Source: Rhizaria sp. SCN 62-66
Taxonomy: Eukaryota
Assembly: GCA_001724265.1 (NCBI GenBank)
Contig: MEDY01000054.1
Coordinates: 1-64,000, forward strand
Direction: 5' to 3'
DNA: 64,000 nucleotides
Within the stretch, counting starts at the first letter, position 1. Every line of letters begins with the position of its first letter. Shown here piece by piece: positions 51,661 through 61,075 of this stretch. Below the pieces are notes generated by a model. It was not told the DNA's origin and did no database searches. It saw only the letters and a list, made by a program, of their open reading frames with translations. Position numbers and translations under genes: made by a program.

Positions 51661-54600
51661 ATGTCGGACGGATTTTCGACTACATCGTCGCTTGGGGCTG
51701 GCTTGTTTGACGCTGATCTTGCTCGCTGGCGCTCTGGCGGCACCGGTCTTCCCACCGCCTCCGTACGGTCTGCCACAACGCCGCCCTCACCAGCGACACC
51801 TGGCAGCGTTGCCGCAGCTGCTGTCGACTTCATTTCCCCATCGCAGGTCCCGATTACAGTCACCAGCAGCAGCCCTCACTGGACACACCACATTGCCCTC
51901 GCAGTCCCGTTCTCACCCGCCCCGGCGGCTGGAGCCCTCTTCTCGTCTCCAGGCGCTGCCTCCGCTGTCTCCGCTGCTTCCGCATACAGCGATGACCCCT
52001 CAGTGCACTCCCTCGTCTCTGCTACGCCTTCGGCCACGTCTTCTGCGGCAGCGCCGGCTCCCGCGCGCTATGAGGAGTGCCTTTCGTTTCCCAACAGCAG
52101 CAGCCGCGCCAGGCTCGCCGTCCCTCCAGGCGCCCTCTCTTCGACCACCATCTCAACGGCAAGCCACACTGCGAGTCCGCCGCCAGCCCCGGTCGCTGCG
52201 CTGCAGTCGGCGCCGCCCGTTTCTGCTGCGTTGCTGGCGCACGCGCTGACGCCCTCTAAGGCTGGGACCGCGAGCGACGCGATCGCTGCCATGTACGCCC
52301 GCATCGCAGCTGCTGCTGCTTCGGCGACGGCGAACAGTGCTACTGCGCGCGCCGCTGAGGGCTCAGGCTCAGGGTCGGGGTCGGTCACGGGGGGATCAAA
52401 CTCTGCCGCGAGCTCTAGTATCGGCTCGCGCGTTGTATCTCCAGCGGTGTATGCGGCGTCCGCAGTGCCCGATGCAGCTGTTAACGCACCCGCTGCGACT
52501 GCAACTGTGCCTTCTGTCTCCGTCCAAGCTCCAGTTGCAGCACCTGCGTCCGCATCGGCATCAGTGTCGTCCGCCTCGTCGTTTCATTCGCCGACGCAGT
52601 TGCAGCCACAGCTGCAGGCTCTGTTTCGGCTTTCTACTGCTGCTGCAGCTGCGCCGACTGTGAGCCGAGGCGAGAGTGCTGATGCGCCGTTGTCGCTCCC
52701 AAAGTTCCAGTTTCAGTCGCAAGCACCACCGCAGCAGCAGCAGCCGCAGCAGCATCAACAGCCCCCGGTGCAATCGCAGTCTCAGTCGCCGACGCACGCG
52801 CAGCCGTCTCACTTGCGCTCGCTGTCGCAGCCTCGGCTGCCCTTCGTTGCATCTGCCTCCATCAAGCAACAGGAACAGGACTTGACGCCGTCGCCGCAAG
52901 AGACTGCGACTGGTGCGGGCAGTGACACGTTGCAGCTCCATCTGCGCACTGCGCCAGTGTTGCCTGCGGCAGTGTCCGAAGCGCTGAACGCGACCTACGA
53001 TCACAGCTTCGCTCACAGTCATGCTCACAGTCACTCACCGTCGACTGAGACGGCGGCGGTCGGCTCGACACAGAGCCACTTCGACAATCACGAGCTCATG
53101 GCAACGACCCGCACTGGATTTGCTCACCACGCTTACACTCATAGCGACGAGGCCGCCGCTCCTTGTGCTGCTGTTGATAACGTTAAAGCCAATTCTAGTG
53201 CCGTGCGGGCAGATCTCCATGAGACTGGGTTCGCGGCTTCTGCGACTGGTTTCCAGACCAACGTGCAGCCGCGACTGCTCACGGTCACTTCCCTGCTTAA
53301 CACATACGGCCCACCCACCGCTGCGGCACATCTACCGCAGAATAACAATGTTTCGCAAACGACCTCGTCGTCGTCTTTGTCCGAATCATCAGCGTCGTCT
53401 TTGTCGTCTCTGGCACCGCTCTCGGACTCCGCATCTGCAGCCTCTGACTCTGGCCCTGCCGCAGCGCTGGTGGCACCGCTGACGTCGGCATCAGCGACAC
53501 TTGCCGAGGCCTATTGTCTTAGTGCAACGAGCCGCTCTGCCACGTCAAACAATATCACGCAAACCAGCGTTGCACCTGGCATGAACCGTAGTTTGGCCCA
53601 CTTACATGTGCACAATGACAATATCGCGAACAACCATCACTCGGTTGGCGCGGCGTACACCCCTGGCTTTCCTTCGCTCCCTGACTCAGTTGCTGATTCC
53701 GCTCTTCTTGCGGCCGCTGCGTAGCCGCAGCCGCAATCGCGATCACAACAGAGACTGGGCTCCGCGGCCGCGGCGGCTGGGTTTGCGCGCAGCGTGTTTG
53801 TCCCACTTACGGCTTCCGCGTCTGCGCTCCTGAGTGCGGCCGACGAAGCCCTTGAGCGCGCGCTCTTCCATGGTCTCTACGCGATCACCGACGACGACAA
53901 CAACAACGCCAACGAGCACGGGGTTGACGACGACGTGGACGATGACGGCGGCTACACTGACGTCGCCGACGCCGCCGATCTTGCGTCGTCTTACCCTCTC
54001 GTCGCGGCGACCTCGGCTGCGGACATGGCTGCTGCCCTGCGCCAAAGCGCGCTCGCGGCCCGCAGCCACCTGCGCTCTCTGTCGCGCGCGCACCGCCGCC
54101 GCGCACTGGCCGCCGCGCGCGCATGGCTGGACACGACTGCCCGCGCCGCGCTTGAGAACGAGCGCGCGCGCGCCGCCAACGCGCTCACCGCCGCGCTGGC
54201 CGCCGCGGAGGCGACCGCGCGCGAACAGACACGCGCACAGTGCAGCGAGGTCGTCGCAGCATGGGACGCGCACGGTGCGGCAGCGCGTGGGCAGTTGGTC
54301 GCGGACTGGGCGCGGCGCGGGCCGGAGCTGCTCGCCGCGACGACCGAGGCGAAACGCGCGGAGTGGACGCAGCGGCTCGCGCAGCTCGACGACGCGCTCC
54401 GTAGCGAAGCCACGGCCGCTGTGGCCCGTGCCAGCGCCGAGGCAGAGGCCGAGGGCGAGGCGCGCGCGCTGGCGCTGCGGACCGAGTGGGCGCGGGACTG
54501 TGAGCAGGCCACCGCGGCCGTGCGCGCTGAGGCGGAGGCCAAGACGGAGCGGTATGCGGCCGAGCTTGCCGAGGCGCTGGGCGCGCATGCGACGGCGGCG

Positions 54601-56028
54601 CGGGAGCGCGCGGCGACCGCTGCGGAGGCCGAGGGCGCGCGCCTGCTGGCCGAGGCTGAGGCGGCTGCGCGTGAGGAGACCGCCGCGGCGGCCGCGATCG
54701 TCCGCGCCGACGCTGCCACGCGTTTTGCAGCCGCCGCGCGCGCTCTGGAGGAGCACGCTGCGAGCGAGCGCTTGGCCGCGCGCGCTGCCGCCGCTGCGGA
54801 GGCCGCTGCTGAGGGCCAGGAGCAGCTGCGACAGCGTCTAGTCGTGCTGCGCGCGCGCGCCGATCGTGACCGCGCCGCGGCGGCCGAGGCTGCGGCGGAC
54901 GCGGCCCGCGCTGCGGCAGCGCGGGCGCAGGCCGAGGAGGAGCAGCAGCTGCAAGACGCGCTGGAGGCTGAGGCGGCGCGCGCGCGGGGCGAAGTCGAGC
55001 GCGACACGGCCGCTGAACTGGCGCGGATGCGGCTTAGCTTTAAAGCGCGGCTGGAGGAGGCCGGGCGCGCGGCGGAGGCGGCGGCGCGCGCACAGGCGCA
55101 GCGGGCGCTGAACAGTGAGCGCGCGCGGCAGGAGCTGGCGTTGTGTCAGCACGTTGCTGCACGCAAGGCGGCTGCAAGCGCGGCCGTCGTGAAAGAGCAG
55201 GAGCAGGCTGCCGCGCTCAGGGCAAGTGTTGGCGCGCATGCTAATCGCGTGAATGCAAGTTCTGTGGGCACTTGTGGTTGCGGCTGTGAGGCGACTGCTG
55301 TGCAGACGCAGAATGCTGGTCCGCAGTTACAACAGCGTTGCGCGTAGTCGCAGCCGCCACATCCTCAGTCTGTGTAGCATTGCGCAACGTTAAATGCACA
55401 TTGCTACGGTCACGCTCACAATCATCACCAGCAGGTGCACCAGCAACAGCAGCAGTCCTGCCAGCAGCAGCAACACTCATGCCCTCAGCACCACACGCCG
55501 TCCTGGTGCACTCAGCAGCAGCCGCATCAGCACCAACACTGCCACTCGCAATCTCAGCAGCCACACCCGCAAGCTCAGTATCAGCAGCGTAGCATCTAGT
55601 GTTCTCATTCACGTCAGCAACAGCAGCTGCCGCAAACTCTGCAGACTGCAATCGCCGATAGCGCAGAATGCATGCGCCCGAACTACCCGACGCAGTCTCC
55701 CGTCGCTGTCGCAATAGCCGCGGCGGCTGCAGCAGCTGCCGCCGAGGCAACTGCCAATGCGATCGGTATCTTGCCCACAGGCATCCCGTCCCGCTTCGAG
55801 ACTGTGTATCCGCGCGTCGTCACCAGCCTGACTGCCGCCGTGACTGTAGCCAACGCCGCCAACGCAGCGACGAACAGTCGCTCTGCGAGGACTGAAGTGG
55901 TATCGAAACCGACTGTGGCAATGTCAAACAACGCAGTGAGTGGTGTGAACGAGGATGATGACGACATGTATGTTGCTTTTTCGCTCCGTGGCGCGCCTTC
56001 GTTGACCAGTAGAGTGGTGATGTACTGA
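51661..56028 (+). CDS. Hypothetical protein, ~1,455 aa: Ser/Ala/Pro-rich N-terminus, Ala/Glu/Arg coiled coil, Gln/His/Cys-rich tail; four in-frame TAG (53722, 55345, 55375, 55597)
   Basis: Track ORFs 51661..53724, 53794..55347 and 55672..56028 are all in one frame. Hand translation of the gaps shows only TAG interruptions. Ends in TGA; a GTATGT near 55968 could be an unrecognised last intron. Confidence 0.78.
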
Positions 56029-56522
56029 CGTATGCGCATTTTTATCAGTTTCACAAGTCGAAATCGAGTGATACATAGCATTGTTTTCAAGACTTCGTTT
56101 TCAAAGCAAAGGGATACAGGGAGTTAATGAAACGATTCGTACCCGCATGTACGTACGTATTTAGTATGCAACGAACATGACTAAAGTGCCCCAACATGGA
56201 CTAAATACATCGAATATAAGTAGTCTAATCGTAGTAACTTTATTTTCTTTATACGCAAACAATGTCGATGTCGAAGTCAAAACACATGACTGACCGTCAG
56301 TTTGCAGATTCAACCCAGTCGATTGTTGTGGTACCAGCACTAAGGCGTGTGGACATGCACGCTGCGACCGTAGCCATGCATGAGGGACAACATCCGGAAA
56401 AGTAATATTCTGCCATCAACACACGCAATCATCCACACCGCCTCTTCACTGCTTACTTGGCCAGAGGTTGGATTAATAGAAGGGAGGCTCCATCTATAGA
56501 TAGATCCAGTTGCGCGATGTGT

Positions 56523-57659
56523 TCACTTGCGCGACTCAAAGGGGCGGCGGATCAGGTAGATCTTGATCATAAACGCGGAGAGAATTACGGCGAAGTTCGC
56601 CAGTCCCCACCAGAACACACGGTCGTTGGTCGACTCGGTAGCTGTTTAAGGAGTTGCAAAGAGACCATAAAAGGACCAGAAAGACGCGAAAATTAGGGAT
56701 GATGTTAAGACTAATCCAAAAAATACGCGGATAAGGTTTAGATATCATATATATAACATCTCAAGTTGAACAAAATAATCACGCCTCCACTCAAACAAGT
56801 TGTAAATAATGTGCGAGCAATAGATTGCGTGAGTGTAGTGATACGTACTGGCCTGGCAAGTGATGATGCGTGCACGCAGATAGTGGTATCCATCAACAAA
56901 CTTGCGCACCGTCTCCGTGAGCCCCGCGAGCGCGCGGTCCAGCGGCTCCATGTGGTTAGCCTTGGCACTCTGGTACTTGTGGAGGTCGCTGCCGGCGTAG
57001 ATGTTGAAGGAAACGACCTTGGCTGTGAGCGTCGACATTGAGTTGCTGAAGCACACCTGGTGAATACCTACGAAAGCACAATAAAAAGAAAAGACGTGAC
57101 ATACATCACACCGATGCGCGAGCGTGAGCGGGGGTTGTTAGAGCGAGATATCAAGAGAGACAGTCAAAGTCACAGCGACAGTGAGGGGAGAGATGTAGAC
57201 TTTGGTGCGGACGTACCGGGGGCCTGGGCAACGAACTGGAAGGCGCCCTCAGTCTCGCGCTCAACCTCGTAGACAACCTTGCCATCGGGGCCGAGAACCT
57301 AAATATGTGTGCGGACAAAGCAGCAGCGAAAGCGAGGGAGAGAGTGATGAGAGTCAGCAAGCAGTCGGCGTTGAGAGATGACACAGCAAGATACGACCAC
57401 GATATGAACGCGTTGGATGCATATGGAAGGGAAGCGAGTCGGCGGAATAGGCACAACGGGGCGATTGAAATAGACGCACCTTAACATTAATGTCGAGCAT
57501 GCCACCGGCGAGGACCTCGAAGGAGGAAATCATGCGCTCGTACTTAGCAAAAGACTCGAAGAAGCACTCCTGATTCTTGGCAGGCACTTCGACGATGTAT
57601 CCGTGCACCGCAGATGCAAAAAGCATAACCGCCATCAACACAGCAGAAATAACCTTCAT
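56523..57659 (-). CDS. p24/emp24/TMED-family COP-vesicle cargo receptor, 199 aa; exons 57659-57480, 57298-57217, 57067-56849, 56641-56523
   Basis: Signal peptide; GOLD domain (ECFFE, FEVLAGGMLDI, GPDGKVVY, CFSNSMSTLTAKVVSF); coiled coil; ESTNDRVFWW; TM helix; tail IRRPFESRK. Exon lengths sum to 600 nt. Ends in TGA. Confidence 0.95.
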
Positions 57660-57961
57660 CGTGACTTGGTTCGGCGTTACACTCAGCAGATCCGTCAGAT
57701 TTCATCGTCGAAAGCAAGCCCTTCGTCACTGCCAAACGGGCAGCCCAAACCCCAGCGATCCACCACCGCAGACTGGCAGCCGGCCCACAGTCACCCAAGC
57801 TCGACAGATTCGGGCTTTTCCACGGTCTCTAACTCAACAAGACACGCATGGACTTGAGTTATTATTGTGTATAAATAGACTAGATAAAACATTAAATTAC
57901 AAAAACTACGTAAAATTGGCACATGTGATCATATCCCATCGAGTCCGGCTGCAGCGAGCGT

Positions 57962-59930
57962 TCACCGACGGCCGTTCTCACGTTCCGCCGCCGCTGCCGC
58001 TGCCGCCGCCGCCGACTCCTCCGCCCACCCCTTAACTGCCCCACCAGCCTGGTACCCATCCCTCGCGTTGCGGTAGTACCCGCCGTTGGGATCCCCCGCC
58101 TCCTCCATAGTAACCGCCGCGGCCTGCTGCTCCGCAGCGGCAGTGCGTTCGGCGCGCGCACCGACAGCGCGCCGCCACACCTGCCCCGGCACGCCCGACC
58201 CCGCGCTGGCGCCGCCGCCGGCGCCGTTGCTCCCGGCTGGCGCCGTCGCGGCGAAGGGGTTCGTGCCGGCGGCGGGGACGAAAGGCGCGCTAGCCAGGTT
58301 GCCGTAGCTGCCGAACCCGATCGGATTGCTGCCTGAGAGGGCGTTGCCGTGGCCGGAGGGCGCGACGTCGACCGTGGGCAGTGTGGAGCCCACAGAGGCG
58401 CCGGGCGCGCGCGGGAGGTGGCCGAAGCTGCTCACACCCGCGTTCGCAGCCCTTGCAGCGTTGTGGTTGTTAGCGTTGTTAAGAGGGGTCATATCAGGAC
58501 TGTAGTCGTCGACGTGGTTGATCTTGCCGGCACGGAGAGCGGCGCGCGCGGCGGCGCGGGCGGCGGCGCGGGCTTCGCTGTTGGCCGTGCTGCCGGCGCC
58601 TTGCACTTGCACGTGGGCCTGGGGGGCGGGGGCCAGACCCAGGGCGCGGGCAGCGGCGCCGGGCTGAGCGGTGCCAGCCTAAAATCGCCGAATAATGGAG
58701 AGCAAAAGAGAGCATATATGCGTGGGAGTTTTCAAATAAAAATAGGAATATACTACACGTTTTACGTTAAGATAAACGCAGACAAAACGTATCATCCTTA
58801 GGGAGTGTAATTTACAGATTTTCCTTAGTATCTTTGTCTGACACACGTACCTGGTATGCTGTGTCGGGCAAGTAGCCCACACTGGCGCGATACGCCTGCT
58901 CCACGCTCGCGCCCACAGTCTGCAGCTTCGGCCCCGCGGCACCAGACCCAGAACCAGAGAGCGAGTTTGCGTACCCGTGACTGTCGATACCGCCGACACC
59001 GCCTGCGAATTGCGCAGTGGAGCCCCAGCCGGCCATGCGGTTACCTGCGGGGTTGCCTGCTGCCGCCACCGCACTCTCGCTGCCGCTGTTGGCGCGGCTT
59101 TGGTTGTATTTCTCAACGAGAGCGCGAGCGTTGTCGTCTTCCTTGATGAGCTCACGGATCAATGCCTCTTTGTTGGCAGTCTCAAGTTTGTTCACCAACG
59201 CCGTACGCACGCCGCTCATGGTGTCGTTAAGGTTAGCCGAACCCGCATACTCGATCTTATTGGGGTCAGACATCCGGAACGCCGGTGGATGCGACCGATT
59301 GCGTGTGTAAAGTAGTTCGTAGTAGGCGCGAGCCGCGTTGCGGACAGCCTTCTGCTGCTCTGGCGGCACGTTACTCCCGTCAGCAACAGCGGCCAAAGCC
59401 GAAGACCAGGGGTCCGCGACGTCCTCTGGCAGCGGGGCACCGTTGAGGATCGTCAGATCGATCAACCGGTCGTAAATCTCGCGGGCCTGGGGTGGGGCGG
59501 CGTTGAGCTTGGGAGTGTCGCCGCGGACCCGGCGCGCGAAGTCGGCCTCGGCGACCTCGCGGGAGTAGTCCGTGGTTAGAATCTCGCGAGCAAACTCGCT
59601 GCTGGTAAACAGCGAGCACATGGTGATGAACGCGGCCGCGCCGGCGCCGAAGCGCCAGCTTGCTTTGGTGGCGAGGTTGGCCTTGAGGCGGGCGTATAAG
59701 GACGCGAACGCCTCATGGGGGTCGCGGTGGCCGCGCGAGAGCGCGAAGTTGGCCACGCGGGACCGCGCCGTCGCCGAGGCGCGCTGTGCGGCGGCTGAGT
59801 AGGCCGTGAAGCGCGCGTGCCACTGCGGGTAGCGGAGGGAGGCGGCCCCGGCGAGGGCACCTGCGCGGGCGGCCAGGTCGCGCAGCTGCGCGGAGAGCGC
59901 GTCGAGGAAGCGGCGGTACGCGTCGGACAT
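57962..59930 (-). CDS. Hypothetical protein, ~598 aa; exons 59930-58851, 58678-57962
   Basis: Track ORFs 58812..59930 and 57962..58612 are joined in frame by an AT-rich GTACGT...TAG intron (58850-58679). Helical N-terminal half with one hydrophobic segment; Gly/Ala/Asn-rich C-terminal half. Ends in TGA. Confidence 0.8.
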
Positions 59931-61075
59931 GACACAAAGGGCAGTCTGGAAGGGCGCGAGTGGCTTGTTGCGAGAAGCAGCGACGCAGCAGCAGGTCTTG
60001 CTTGTTGTTGTTGTGTTGTGTTGAGTTAGCCGCTGGAAGAGCTGAGGGAGAGGGTCGAGAACGGAGTGTTTGCATGAGATGCAAGGGCGCGACTGTGAGT
60101 AGAATAATATAGCAGCTCAAATTTTGTAGTAATGTGCACTCAATTTACAGACATTAAAGTCAGGGTTGACGACTGAATGGGGTGTATTCGAACATGTTCG
60201 GAGTTCTGTTCTTCCCAGCAGCGGCAGCAGCAACGGTTCCGAAAAAATGGAGTGATAGTCTCCGACCGTTTTGTCTGACAGTGAAAATAGTGCCAGATAG
60301 AGACCTGTGAACGTCTGGGTGAGCTGTAGCAGATATTCATAACTGTTCCCCGTTATATTTAGTCCCATCGTTGCTTTATATTGCGCATTTACGGACTCCT
60401 TGCCGCGAACGTGAGAGGTTTGCACGAGGCAGTGGAGGATGAACTGCACACCATATCCTTCGCTCTCTCTTTCCTTGCCCTGCAATAATATCATGACGTA
60501 TGAACCTATATCTGGAGCCTCGCATTTAACACAAGTGAGTGCACCCGGTGGCACGCCTCAAACTTGCTCCATGGTCGCTCTCCTGCGGTATCTTCCCAAC
60601 TTGTGCTTGGTGACCGTTGAGACAAACCTCACATTTGCTCATGCCCAAGTCTTCTCTCGACGCTCGCCAAGCGCCACCATAATCTCCATGAGACACATAA
60701 CCACGCATTCCACACACGATAGCTCACAATATTTACCTCAACGTGTATATTATGTGTTCAACATTTGTTTTCCCTTGCAGCGGCGCGTTGCTCGCCTGCT
60801 TTCCCTTCCCCCCTTTGCTTTACCAAACCCGAACTACAGAGAGCGCAGAGCAACACCATCGCATCCGTGCCGTCTCTCTGCGCGCGCGCCTGCGTCTGTG
60901 TCCCCACGTTGCGAGCATTAACCTCCCCGACCGACCGGGCCTCGACACAACACACGTGAACTACATCACTAGTGACACACCTGAGTGGCTGAGCGCACGC
61001 GCCTTTCGTTCAAACCTGGCGGTGCCCCCGCCCCTCTTTCTGCGAACCGCTGACTGGCGTTGCTGACTGTCCGCG

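Noticed and set aside
7721-55599. Pseudogenes, pyrrolysine or programmed leaky read-through as explanations for the TAGs
   Set aside because: No frameshifts or other stop types; three unrelated genes affected; no shared downstream read-through context; pyrrolysine is not known in eukaryotes. RNA editing cannot be excluded from DNA alone.
60117-61066. Short ORFs between the orphan and NEK
   Set aside because: Overlapping on both strands with intergenic/UTR composition and no recognisable protein features.
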